NCBI GenBank assembly: GCA_031416315.1
Contig: JANOTL010000136.1
Coordinates: forward strand, 1-64,000
Source of the DNA: Pseudomonadota bacterium
GTDB taxonomy: Bacteria; Bdellovibrionota_B; Oligoflexia; Oligoflexales; CAIYRB01
Direction: 5' to 3'
DNA: 64,000 nt
Part shown: one piece after another, positions 19,113 through 28,543 of the stretch
How positions within the stretch are numbered: position 1 is the stretch's first letter
How the letters are laid out: every line of letters starts with the position of its first letter
Position numbers and translations under genes: made by a program
The notes under the pieces: generated by a model
Told to the model about the DNA's origin: nothing
The model's input: the letters and a program-made list of their open reading frames with translations, nothing else
The model's database searches: none

Positions 19113-20907
19113 GCTCACGCCGCACCTCGCGCTCGCCGCGATCTTTGCCCTCGCCTCGGGATGCTTCTCGAAGCCGAAGCGCGTGCATCCGGACGACTTG
19201 GCCCTCGAATCGAAGAAGGGCCACAAGGGCGGCAAGCCGATGACGATGGAGGAGGTCTCTGGCTACCCGACGTCCGAGCGCCGCACCAAGCGGCTCGGTA
19301 AGAAGACCGCGCCGAAGGGCGCGCCGGGCGTGAAGGCGTCCGAAGGCCATCTGCCGAGCGCCGCGGACCGGAACGAGGCCTGGGCGCAGGAACTCGGCTC
19401 GCAAGCCGAGCCGACGGCGTCCGTCCTCCTTCCCGGCGCCCCCGCTGGGACGACTGCGCCGGCCGCAAGCGCAGCCACCGGCGCCTCCTCAGAGGTGCAG
19501 ATGGGCTGCCAAGAGCTCGTCGACAAGTTCGCCGCCTCCTACCGCAAGCTTTACGCCATGGTGCCGACGGGCACTTACGTCCCCGGCGCCGCCGAGAATC
19601 AGGCCCTGGATCGCATGCTCGCGGCGCAGCCGGCCGACTGCGCCGACTCCGGCCGGCGCCGCGAGATCGTGCAGGCCATCTCGAACGCCGTCGGCCAACA
19701 CGGCGGCAAAGTCGGCGTCATCCTGCCGCTCGGCGGCAACCGCGCCAAGCTCGCCAACTTTATCGTCCAGGGCATGCGCGCCGCGCTCCAGGAGAGCGGC
19801 AAGAAGCTCGAGGACGTCATCATCCTCAAGGACTCCGGCGGCGTCGCGAAGACGGCCGAGATCAAGCTTGCGGAGCTCGTCTTCAAGGACAAGGTCGCGA
19901 TGGTGATGGGCGGCCTCGAGAAGCCCGAGGCCGACGTCCTCGCCGCTTGGTCGAAGGACCTGCAGATCCCCGTCCTCCTCCTCGCTCGCGACCGCGAGTC
20001 GGTCAATCCGTCGCCCCTAGCCTTCCGCGTCTATCCCGACGAGAAGCGCCTGGCCGAGACGCTCGTCGCCGCGGCCGTCAAGCGCGGCCTGAAACGCGTC
20101 GCCATCGTCCGCCCCGACAACCACAAGTCCGACAAGATCTCCGACTACTTCAAGAAGGCGCTCGCGGCCCAAGGCGGCGCCGTCGCCTTCGACCTGATGT
20201 ACACGCCGGGGAACTTCGACTCGATGCAAGGCGTCGGGCGCCAGCTCTTCCAGACGGAGGCGCAGGAGCGGCTCGACGAATACCGCAAAGCTTACAAAAA
20301 GGCGCAGAAAAAAGCCGCGGAAGAGGGCCAACCCTTCGACCCGCGTATGGTCGTCCTCAAGCCGATCGTCGCCTTCGACGCGGCCTTCATCCCCGACGAC
20401 TTCCGCACCGTGCGGCACTTCGCCAAGCTCTTCAAATATCACATGGTCGACAAGCTCCCGCTCATCGGCAACCACGAATGGCGCTCGCCCGCGCTGGTCG
20501 AGCCCTGGGACGAATTCCTGAACGGCGCGATCTTCGCCGACTTCATCGGCAGCTACGGCAAGCTGCCGCAGCAGCTCGCGACCGAAACGGTCGGCTCGCA
20601 GTTCTTCGTCAAGCCGTCCGAAGTCGTCCCGACCGATTTCAAGTTGATCGGCTACCGCGCGGCCCGCGTCCTCAAGCTCGCCGTCGCCAACGCCGCGGGC
20701 CAGCCGCGCCGCGCGGTGGCGCAGGCTCTGCCGGGGCTCGCCAGCGACTCGCCGGGCTTTCTCGGGGGCGGCAAGATCTTCGACGAGGGCCGGCACGCCA
20801 ACTGGCCGACCTACCTCTTCTCCGTCGCCAAGGGCGAGATCGTGCTCGAATCCGAGAATCAAGGTGTCAGCGCTCTGTCCGCGAACGGCGTGGTCGCTTC
20901 CCGCTAA
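19096..20907 (+). CDS. LpoA/LppC-like penicillin-binding protein activator lipoprotein (periplasmic binding protein fold)
   Basis: Lipobox LASGC; KVGVILPLGG, VMGGL, FDAAFIPD; overlaps the PBP1A stop. Confidence 0.75.
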   Translation: MSSLTKLTPHLALAAIFALASGCFSKPKRVHPDDLALESKKGHKGGKPMTMEEVSGYPTSERRTKRLGKKTAPKGAPGVKASEGHLPSAADRNEAWAQELGSQAEPTASVLLPGAPAGTTAPAASAATGASSEVQMGCQELVDKFAASYRKLYAMVPTGTYVPGAAENQALDRMLAAQPADCADSGRRREIVQAISNAVGQHGGKVGVILPLGGNRAKLANFIVQGMRAALQESGKKLEDVIILKDSGGVAKTAEIKLAELVFKDKVAMVMGGLEKPEADVLAAWSKDLQIPVLLLARDRESVNPSPLAFRVYPDEKRLAETLVAAAVKRGLKRVAIVRPDNHKSDKISDYFKKALAAQGGAVAFDLMYTPGNFDSMQGVGRQLFQTEAQERLDEYRKAYKKAQKKAAEEGQPFDPRMVVLKPIVAFDAAFIPDDFRTVRHFAKLFKYHMVDKLPLIGNHEWRSPALVEPWDEFLNGAIFADFIGSYGKLPQQLATETVGSQFFVKPSEVVPTDFKLIGYRAARVLKLAVANAAGQPRRAVAQALPGLASDSPGFLGGGKIFDEGRHANWPTYLFSVAKGEIVLESENQGVSALSANGVVASR

Positions 20908-20915
20908 GGATTTTT

Positions 20916-22826
20916 TTGCTCTTCCGCATCCTCCAAATCACGCTGGCGCTCGTCGCGCTCTCCGGTTGCAAGGCCGAGTACGATGCCATGCGTGGCGTCG
21001 TGCCGCCGACGGCCGTCAGCGGCATGGAGGTAGACTACGGGCGCGGCTTCGTCCCCTACTACGCCACGGGCGCAGCGGTGGACCACGTGCGCCGCGACCC
21101 GGTCGTCATCCGGATCCCGCTCTCCGCCGGGAAGTGGCGCGATCCCGCCGTCCTCCTGACGAAGGTGCGGCACCGCTTCGTCGCCTACGTCGAAGACGTC
21201 GAGGTCTACCGCTTCGGCAATCCGAACGACCGGACCGCGCGCTCCTACATCGGCGAGCCCCCGCACCTCGTGCCGCTGCCGGCGGATTTCGCCGGCAAGA
21301 CCCTGAAGATCGTCGTGTCGTCGAAGGAGTCGCGCGTCGGCCTCGACGGCGTGCCGCTCATCGGCTCGCGGCCCGACCTGCTCTTCAAGGTCCTCCGTCG
21401 CGACCTGAGGAGCCTCGTTTTCGGCATCATCCCGCTCTTCCTCGGCGGCACCATCGTCACGCTCTTTCTGCTCGCAATCCGGGCCCGCCTGGCGCTGTCC
21501 TTCGGCATGTTCTGCCTCACCTACGGCCTTTACCTCGTCTGCCATTCGCCGACGATCTACTTCTTCGTGCCGTATCCGCTCGCCTGGGACCATTTGCAGT
21601 ACTTTGCCACCTACCTGGCGCCGTTCTTCTTTCTCGACTTCGCCGAGCGCGCGGTCGACGGATTCAAGCGGCCCCACCTCTTCATGTTGCGCTGGGGCTA
21701 CGTGGCCTTGGCGCCGGGCGCCGTTCTGGGCTCACTCACGGGCTTGGCCGAGCTCAACGCATCTCTGCCCTTCTTCCAAGCCTTGCTCCTCGTCACCGTC
21801 GTGCTTCTGATGGTCGAGGTCGCCGTCGCCGCGCGCGCGGGCAGCGCTGCGGCCCGCGTCTTTGCGGCCGGCTCGTCCTTCGTCGCGATCGGCGCGGTCA
21901 ACGACGTCCTGGTCGAGCAACGCGCCCTCCCCTGGACGGTGGAGATCTCCGACGTCACGATCGTGGGCTTCATCCTCGCCCTCGCCATCTTGCTCGCCCG
22001 CAAGATGAGCGCCGACGCCGCGCACACTTTCCATTTAGAAAAAGACCTGGAGACCGCGGGCATCCTGCAGTCGCGCTTTCTTCAAGAGGCGACCAACTCC
22101 GGAAAATCCTATGAGATCGAGACCTTGGCTCGTTCCGCCGCGCGCGTCGGCGGCGACTGGTACGTGTACCGCTTGGTCGACAACCGCTTTCTGCACGTGC
22201 ACGACGGCGACGTGACCGGCCACGGCACGCGGGCGGCGCTGCTCGCGGCGTTCGCGCGCGGAGCCATCGACCTCTACTACCACGAGTCGGAGCGTCGCGG
22301 CACCGGGGCGCCGGCGATCGACAGCCTGCACACGGTCCTGAACAAAGTCCTGTGCGAGATGGGCAAGGACGAGGCGACCATGACCGTCGCGAGCGTCGCC
22401 ATCGACTTGCAGACGGGCGAGCTGGAGTACGTCAACTCCGGGCACCTGGCGCCGCTAATCTGTGGCGTACCGGGCGTCAAGCCGCGCTTCCTGCAAGGGC
22501 GCAACAGCAACTACCTAGGTTTGGACATGGACTTCGAGTCGAAGCCGCCGCAGCGCGGGACCTTGTCTGCCAACGAAGTGCTCCTGCTCTATTCAGACGG
22601 CGTCTACGAGCTCTTCCAGGTGAAGGGCGACATGAACGGCGCGACGCCGACGCGACGGGCGCAGCAGTTCCTGAACAAGACCTTCACCGTCAACGGACCG
22701 GGCTGCCCGAGCCCGAAAACGCTGCTGACCCTCTTTCCGGAGAAAGAGGATCAGCTGCTCGACGACGTCACGTTGCTCGCGGTGAAGTTGAAGCCGGCCG
22801 AGAGCGAGCTCGAACGGGTTGCTTGA
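20916..22826 (+). CDS. Multi-TM (7TM-DISM-like) sensor with SpoIIE/PP2C phosphatase
   Basis: TTG start after TAAGGA; extracellular beta domain, about 7 TMs, VGGDWY, GDVTGHG, YSDG, DDVT. Confidence 0.8.
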   Translation: MLFRILQITLALVALSGCKAEYDAMRGVVPPTAVSGMEVDYGRGFVPYYATGAAVDHVRRDPVVIRIPLSAGKWRDPAVLLTKVRHRFVAYVEDVEVYRFGNPNDRTARSYIGEPPHLVPLPADFAGKTLKIVVSSKESRVGLDGVPLIGSRPDLLFKVLRRDLRSLVFGIIPLFLGGTIVTLFLLAIRARLALSFGMFCLTYGLYLVCHSPTIYFFVPYPLAWDHLQYFATYLAPFFFLDFAERAVDGFKRPHLFMLRWGYVALAPGAVLGSLTGLAELNASLPFFQALLLVTVVLLMVEVAVAARAGSAAARVFAAGSSFVAIGAVNDVLVEQRALPWTVEISDVTIVGFILALAILLARKMSADAAHTFHLEKDLETAGILQSRFLQEATNSGKSYEIETLARSAARVGGDWYVYRLVDNRFLHVHDGDVTGHGTRAALLAAFARGAIDLYYHESERRGTGAPAIDSLHTVLNKVLCEMGKDEATMTVASVAIDLQTGELEYVNSGHLAPLICGVPGVKPRFLQGRNSNYLGLDMDFESKPPQRGTLSANEVLLLYSDGVYELFQVKGDMNGATPTRRAQQFLNKTFTVNGPGCPSPKTLLTLFPEKEDQLLDDVTLLAVKLKPAESELERVA

Positions 22827-22829
22827 GAT

Positions 22830-25253
22830 TCAGTACCACCAATACCACTGGTCGAAGCAGGTCTGATCGCACTGGTAGGCGACCGATCCGACCGGCGCCG
22901 CCGCGCTCAGATCGTTGACGTTCGCGGCGCGCACGCCGAAGTCGGAGATGGCGTAGACGATGTCGTCGGCGAAGAAGCTGCGGTTGACGCGGGCGCCGCC
23001 GAACCAGAAGCCCTCGTCGCGCTTCAGGCCGTCGTAGAGGCCGTCCATGCCGACTTTACCGACTTGGGCGATGCCGGCTCCGGCGTCGACCGAGAACACG
23101 AAGAGGGAGCTCTCGTAGCGGCTGTACCAGTACTTCGGCGAGTCGACGTAGGTGTAGCCGGTGATCGGCAGCGCGAGCAGCTTCTTCGAGGCGAAGTAGG
23201 TGAACGCTTTGTGGTCCCACTCGGCATCCGACCAGAACTGGCTGTTGCCGTCGCCGCCGAGCTCGAGCTTCTGCACTTCGAGCGGGTTCGCGAGGTCGGA
23301 GACGTCGAAGAGGGAGATCTTCATGCCGCCGTTCAAGCCGCTTTCGTCGCCGCTACGGCCGACCGCGAGAAGATGCGTGTCGTCGGTGAAGTGCATGTAG
23401 GACGAGTAGCCGGGGATCTTCAGGGCGCCCATGACCTTCGGTGCCGCCGGGTCGGCGAGATCCAAGGTGAAGAGCGGGTCGACCTGGCGGAAGGTGACGA
23501 TGAAGCCGCGGGGGCCGCGGAAGCGGGCGCTCATGATGCGCTCGCCCGGCGCGAGGTCCTCGGAGATGCCGACCTGCTTCAGCTCGGCGCCGACTTGCTC
23601 GAGGACGACGATGCGGTTGACGGTGACTGGCGGCACCCACTCCTGGAGCGCCAGGCCGGCCTTCGGCGCATCGGGGGCGGGCGCGTCCTCGGCGACGGGC
23701 GCCTCGGCCGAAACGGCGGTCCCGGCGCTGCCAACGCTCGCTCCCGAGGTCGCGACGCCTTCGCCTTGCGGCTGTGGCGAGTATTTCGTGTGCGTCGAGG
23801 CGACGCGCAGGCGGCCGTCGAACTCATCGAAGGAGAACTGGTTCAGCGGCATGCCTTCGATGCGGCCCGAGGCGAGATAAGGGGCGGTGGCCGGATCTTT
23901 CAGGTTGAACTTGTGGACGAAGGTCGCGTCGGTGTCACGGCTGTCCGAGCTCCACCACCAGTAGCGCGAGGCGAGGTAGAGGTTGTCGAGCGAAGCGTAG
24001 ACCTCGTCGACGTGGCTCAGCAGCAGCGTCTCGGAGATCGTGCCTTGGTCGAGGTCGAGCGAGGCGACGCGCGTCAGGCCCGACTGCGAGGCGACGGTCG
24101 GCGCGTGGATGCCCGAGCAGGTGCCGAGGTCGACCAGCGGCTCCTTCACGCCGGCCGTGCCGAGCTTGAAGTCGGCGTCGAAGTTGAGCCAGTACTTCAA
24201 GTCCTTTGCCTTAATGAGCGCCTCGTTCTCCAAGACGAAGGCCTTCAGGCGCGCGATCTTCTCGTCTTTCTTCAGCGTCTGCGATTCGGGATAGTCGATC
24301 CACATCTTCAAGCCGTCCAAATAGGGACGGTAAGTCTGCAGAACGAGGCGGACAGCGCCGCCGATGCGGCGCGAGGCGAGGTGGTTGCCGCGCAGCATGA
24401 ATTTCCCGGTGAGCGCGGGGGCGGCCGGGTTGGTGACGTCGATGGTCGAGACTTCGACGCGCTCGCGGTCGAAACGCGGCATGTTGCTCGGGAAAGGCGC
24501 GATGTCGATGGCGGGCTCCGCCATCCCGCCATTGCTGCCGGAGTATTTCGCGGCTTCGGCCGCGAGGTCCTCGGCCGTCATCCGCGGATGCGACAGGACG
24601 ACCAAGCGATGTTTCGCTTCGTCGAGGAGGAGCTCGAACGCGCGACCCTCGAGATCCAGCGTCGAGACGAGGCCCATCTCGTTCGCGGGCCAGCTCTTCA
24701 AGATGCGCAGCTTGCCGCGCGAGGCGTGGAAGACGTGGGTGCCGTCGTTCTTGACGAAGTCGCCTTCCTCGACGCCTTCGACCTGATTGTTGGTGCCGGT
24801 GTGCTCTTTCGGGCCGGACGCGGCATCGCCGCCGCCGTCGCTGGCGCCCGAAGCTTCGACGGCGCTCTCGGGAGCCGCGCCCGGCATGGCGACGCTCGAC
24901 TTGGCATCGCCGCCGATCGACTGGGGGCTCTCCAGCCACTTGATCTGGTCTTCGATCTGGCGGCGCATCGAGGCGATCTCGTCGTTCTCGATGTAAGCCT
25001 CGACCGCGCTACAGTCGGGGAAGGTCACTAGGGCCCCGGTGAGCGCCAAGGGGCTCGGCTGCTTGCCGCCGGGCGTCGTGCCGTTCGGATCGCTGGGCTT
25101 GGTCGGATCGGCCGGCTTGACGGGCGCCGGCTCGGTCTTCGACGCCTTGCCCCCGCTCTCGTCTTTTCGCTCGAAGGCACCGCAGGCGGTCGTCGTGGCG
25201 ATCAACGCGAGCGCGGCGAGGCGCGCGGCGAGAAAGCGGGAATAGTTCATCAT
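22830..25253 (-). CDS. Secreted beta-propeller domain lipoprotein (Beta_propel family)
   Basis: Lipobox TTAC; TNNQVEGVEEGDFVKNDG, LNQFSFDE, VTFRQVDPLF, LKIPGYSSYMH, KISLFDVSD. Confidence 0.85.
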   Translation of the reverse strand: MMNYSRFLAARLAALALIATTTACGAFERKDESGGKASKTEPAPVKPADPTKPSDPNGTTPGGKQPSPLALTGALVTFPDCSAVEAYIENDEIASMRRQIEDQIKWLESPQSIGGDAKSSVAMPGAAPESAVEASGASDGGGDAASGPKEHTGTNNQVEGVEEGDFVKNDGTHVFHASRGKLRILKSWPANEMGLVSTLDLEGRAFELLLDEAKHRLVVLSHPRMTAEDLAAEAAKYSGSNGGMAEPAIDIAPFPSNMPRFDRERVEVSTIDVTNPAAPALTGKFMLRGNHLASRRIGGAVRLVLQTYRPYLDGLKMWIDYPESQTLKKDEKIARLKAFVLENEALIKAKDLKYWLNFDADFKLGTAGVKEPLVDLGTCSGIHAPTVASQSGLTRVASLDLDQGTISETLLLSHVDEVYASLDNLYLASRYWWWSSDSRDTDATFVHKFNLKDPATAPYLASGRIEGMPLNQFSFDEFDGRLRVASTHTKYSPQPQGEGVATSGASVGSAGTAVSAEAPVAEDAPAPDAPKAGLALQEWVPPVTVNRIVVLEQVGAELKQVGISEDLAPGERIMSARFRGPRGFIVTFRQVDPLFTLDLADPAAPKVMGALKIPGYSSYMHFTDDTHLLAVGRSGDESGLNGGMKISLFDVSDLANPLEVQKLELGGDGNSQFWSDAEWDHKAFTYFASKKLLALPITGYTYVDSPKYWYSRYESSLFVFSVDAGAGIAQVGKVGMDGLYDGLKRDEGFWFGGARVNRSFFADDIVYAISDFGVRAANVNDLSAAAPVGSVAYQCDQTCFDQWYWWY

Positions 25254-25309
25254 CGGTTCGTCCCTTTCCATTGAGGAGCGGCCGCGAAGCTGTGCGGCAA
25301 CATGGGGAC

Positions 25310-25336
25310 GTTTCGGCCGAATCCGGGATAATTGGA
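25310..25336 (-). promoter_or_regulatory. Putative sigma28-like promoter for the beta-propeller gene
   Basis: Minus strand TCCA-N15-GCCGAAAC. Confidence 0.35.
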
Positions 25337-25383
25337 GGTTTTCCGGCAAGCTTTCGTATACACCCGTATACAAAATCACCGAT

Positions 25384-25911
25384 TTACCAATCGAGACGCC
25401 ACATTAGCTCATGACTGTCGACCTCCAGGGCCGCGGCCACCGGGGCGAAGTCCATCTTCTCGACGGCGGGGCCGAGGCAGCCTGGGAGCGGCTCGGTACC
25501 GGCGCCGGGGACACCGACGGCCCTCAGGTTTTTCAGTTTACCCGCCTTCAGCAGCGTCGCTGCGACGTGGAGTGAGGCGGGGCCGGGCGCCGCGTCTCGC
25601 AGGCAGCGAAGCGCCTCCGTCTGCGCCTGACGGCGAAAGGAGGCGATAAACGCCTCGCGATCGATCGGCGGCGGCGCATCGGTTTGGAAGGAGGCGAGCT
25701 TGCCGTGCGCCGGGGCCTGGCCGACGCGCCGCGGCGGCGGCGGCGGGACCTCGGCGACGGAGGGCGCCTCCGGGCCGAGCGCCTCGGGAAATTCGGGGCC
25801 GATCATCAGCGCCCAAAAGATCGCGATCCAGAGGAGGACGTAGCTCGCCTTCGCGAGCCGGAGCGAAAGCTCGGGAGCCGTGACCCTGCCGAGGGACTCG
25901 AGGTCCTTCAA
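25384..25911 (-). CDS. Single-pass membrane protein with Pro-rich linker and TonB-C/AgmX-PglI-C-like domain
   Basis: TTG start overlapping the upstream TGA; TM YVLLWIAIFWALMIG; PPPPP linker; LRCL...HVAATLLKAGKL...GCLG...MDF pattern. Confidence 0.55.
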   Translation of the reverse strand: MKDLESLGRVTAPELSLRLAKASYVLLWIAIFWALMIGPEFPEALGPEAPSVAEVPPPPPRRVGQAPAHGKLASFQTDAPPPIDREAFIASFRRQAQTEALRCLRDAAPGPASLHVAATLLKAGKLKNLRAVGVPGAGTEPLPGCLGPAVEKMDFAPVAAALEVDSHELMWRLDW

Positions 25912-27854
25912 CGAATCACCCAGCCGCGCTTGGTCGCGGCGTCGGGGACGGCGAGAAGATCGCGCAGCGGCAGGCTCGAAGGTGCGTTCCAGGAGTAAGG
26001 ATTCGCCAGCGCCGCGTCCTGCTCGAGGTCGACGACGCCGATCTGCGTCATGCCGCGGCGCGCCGCGGCTGCGCCCTTCTGCCACGCGTCGTCCTCAACG
26101 GTGAACGCCTGCAGGAGCTCGGCGAGCGCCTGATGATTGCCGCCGGTGCCGCCCTTCGCCAACTCTTCGCGCAGGTAGGTCGCGACGCGCGCTTGATAGG
26201 GTTTTAGCGACTCCCGCGTCTCTGCGGTGACGCCTGCGGCCCGCTCGGCGATCTGTGTCAGGGTGCGTAGAACCGGCATCGGCGGCCTTGCGCCGGTCTT
26301 CGCCAGCGCGTCGAAGATGCCGTCGAAGCGCGGGAATTGGCGCCGTGCGAGCGCGTCGAGGAGCTCCGCCGAGGTGCCGGAGAGCTCTCGCGCCGCGTTC
26401 GTGCGGCTCGTCTTGATGCGCACGAGCAGGCGGTCGTAGGCTTTCACCGAGCCGGCCAAGGCCTGCTCCAGCAGCACGGCGCGATAAACCTGGCCCCAGC
26501 GCGCCGTCGGCAAGGAGCCCTGGATCGCGCCGAGCATCGCCTCGTCGTACTGGTGCTCGCGGAAAATCGCGACCGCGAGGCGAAGAGCGCCGTTCATCGC
26601 CACGTCGTCTCCCTCGCCTTCCGGCTCGATCGTCAGGCGCCGCACCATGCCGAGCGTGCCGGTCAAGTCCCCTTCCTCGAAGGCGAGGCGCGCGCGGCGC
26701 AAGAGAATCCGCGGTCGCATGGGCAGGCCGTCGATCGCCAAAAGCTTGTCGAACAGCTCCTTTTGGCGGCCGAAGGACCACTTGTCGAAATCGACGGCGC
26801 CGAGCCAGGCGGCGACGTCGGGCGTGGGCGTGGCGAGGATGATCTGGGCCACCGTCTCGTAACGCGGGTCTTTCTCGCCGAGGGGCATCGGCGCGAAGAT
26901 GCCGGCCTCGATGAGCTTCTGCCAGGCGAAGCGTCGCTCGGGCTCGGGTACGCGGATCCAGCCGGCGGCATCGCGGTCTTTATAGCGCTTGGTCACCTCG
27001 GCGATCGTCTCTTTGTCCTTGTCCGCCAGCGCGAGCGCCAAGAGACGCAGGACGACGGCGTCATGGCCGGGCAAGGGCGCGGCGAAACCGCCGTCTTCGG
27101 GCTTCGCCTCGGAGAGAAGCACGTACTCCACGAGCGCAAGCTTTTCCCCGCGCTTCACCCCCTGCGCATCGGCGTACTCGCCGTGGCGGAAGCGGCAGCC
27201 CTTCGTCGAAATGAGCGTCGCCTTCGGGATGTCTCCGAGAAAGTGCGGGAACTCGAAGGCGAGGTGGGTCTGGCGGCGGCCCGTCGCGGCCAAACGGTAG
27301 GGATCGCCGTTGTAGCGGCCGTCGCGATAACGCGAGGCGTAGCGAAACGCATAGGCTTTGGTCAGAAGGTCGAAGAGATGCGGCTTGGCGTCGAGGCTCG
27401 TGGCGCAGGACCCGGATTTCAGGGCCGAGACTTTCGAGTAGTAACCCAAGAACGGGTCGTCCAGCTCCAGCCGCCGACCAACTTCGGCCACCCGCCAGGC
27501 TTCCTGATGGCGGTTGGCGAGGAGGTGCATGCGGGCGGCATCGATCAGCTTCAGGCTCCAGTCGGGGGTGCCGGCCTTGATCGCGGCATAGAGCTCGGCC
27601 GCGCGCGGGAGGTCCTTCGCCTCCAGCGCCGCGCGCGCCGCGGCCAGCGCCGGCGAGGCCGCGGGCGGCGGGGCGAAGAGGGCGGTCACGTCGTCCCCGA
27701 TCGGGCCGGCTTTCGCCCCGGTGGGATCTCGGCTGGACCACCACGGGACGTCGGGGTCCTCGGCGGGGGAGAGCTCGGGCTCGGGCTCTTCGCCCTGCGC
27801 GGTCGCAGGGAGGAGGGCGATCATTAGAAATATCTTGTTTAGTTGAAAGACCAC
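25908..27854 (-). CDS. Large secreted helical-repeat (TPR-like) protein
   Basis: Signal peptide MVFQLNKIFLMIALLPATAQG; repeated amphipathic helices such as LRRARLAFEEGDL. Confidence 0.65.
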   Translation of the reverse strand: MVFQLNKIFLMIALLPATAQGEEPEPELSPAEDPDVPWWSSRDPTGAKAGPIGDDVTALFAPPPAASPALAAARAALEAKDLPRAAELYAAIKAGTPDWSLKLIDAARMHLLANRHQEAWRVAEVGRRLELDDPFLGYYSKVSALKSGSCATSLDAKPHLFDLLTKAYAFRYASRYRDGRYNGDPYRLAATGRRQTHLAFEFPHFLGDIPKATLISTKGCRFRHGEYADAQGVKRGEKLALVEYVLLSEAKPEDGGFAAPLPGHDAVVLRLLALALADKDKETIAEVTKRYKDRDAAGWIRVPEPERRFAWQKLIEAGIFAPMPLGEKDPRYETVAQIILATPTPDVAAWLGAVDFDKWSFGRQKELFDKLLAIDGLPMRPRILLRRARLAFEEGDLTGTLGMVRRLTIEPEGEGDDVAMNGALRLAVAIFREHQYDEAMLGAIQGSLPTARWGQVYRAVLLEQALAGSVKAYDRLLVRIKTSRTNAARELSGTSAELLDALARRQFPRFDGIFDALAKTGARPPMPVLRTLTQIAERAAGVTAETRESLKPYQARVATYLREELAKGGTGGNHQALAELLQAFTVEDDAWQKGAAAARRGMTQIGVVDLEQDAALANPYSWNAPSSLPLRDLLAVPDAATKRGWVIR

Positions 27855-28543
27855 ATCGCGCCCGTCGAGAAGTGCTGCCACGCGCCGAGCCCCGGCGCCG
27901 ATCCACGCAAGCCCGCCTGCCGGTCCATCTCGAGAAAAAAGCCGACGTTTTTCGGCACGAAGATCTGCAGCCGCAGGCCGACCTCCAGCGCGAAGACGTA
28001 TTTCGCCTTCCTTTGCCCGGGCAAGCGCGAGGTGTCGTCGCCCTTCTTCGGCAAGGTCTGGGCGTTCGGCTCGTTGTAGTGCGCCATGCCGGTGAGGTAG
28101 AGCACGTGCTCGAAGTCGCTCAGCCAAGGTGACAGCCGCGTCATGCTTCGCCCCTCGAGGAGCGCGTAGCCCCCGCCGGCGCCGACCTCGTAGCGCGTCA
28201 CCTGCGCCGATTGCCGGTACGGCGTCTTCTCCAAGAGCTCGCCAGCGCGCGAAGGATGCACGTACATGCGGCGCAGCACCATCCGGGCCATCATCCCGCT
28301 GTCGAACGGCATCTGGGCGCCGACGTGCCAGCCGTTGCCGTCGAAGTTGTTGGCCTCGTCGACGTAGTCGACCCCGACCTCGGCCTCGACCACCGCCTTG
28401 CGCCAGTCGTACGCGTGCGGGCTGGTGCTCTGGGACATCACCTCGTCGACGAGGACGCCGCCGGTCAGGACGTCGGCGCCCTCGGCCACGGGCGCCGTGA
28501 GACCTGCGCACAAGAGGACGTGAAAGAAGCGGGCTCGCGTCAC
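27839..28543 (-). CDS. Outer-membrane beta-barrel protein
   Basis: GTGA coupling; signal peptide; amphipathic strands; C-terminus STGAMWSFN. Confidence 0.65.
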   Translation of the reverse strand: MTRARFFHVLLCAGLTAPVAEGADVLTGGVLVDEVMSQSTSPHAYDWRKAVVEAEVGVDYVDEANNFDGNGWHVGAQMPFDSGMMARMVLRRMYVHPSRAGELLEKTPYRQSAQVTRYEVGAGGGYALLEGRSMTRLSPWLSDFEHVLYLTGMAHYNEPNAQTLPKKGDDTSRLPGQRKAKYVFALEVGLRLQIFVPKNVGFFLEMDRQAGLRGSAPGLGAWQHFSTGAMWSFN

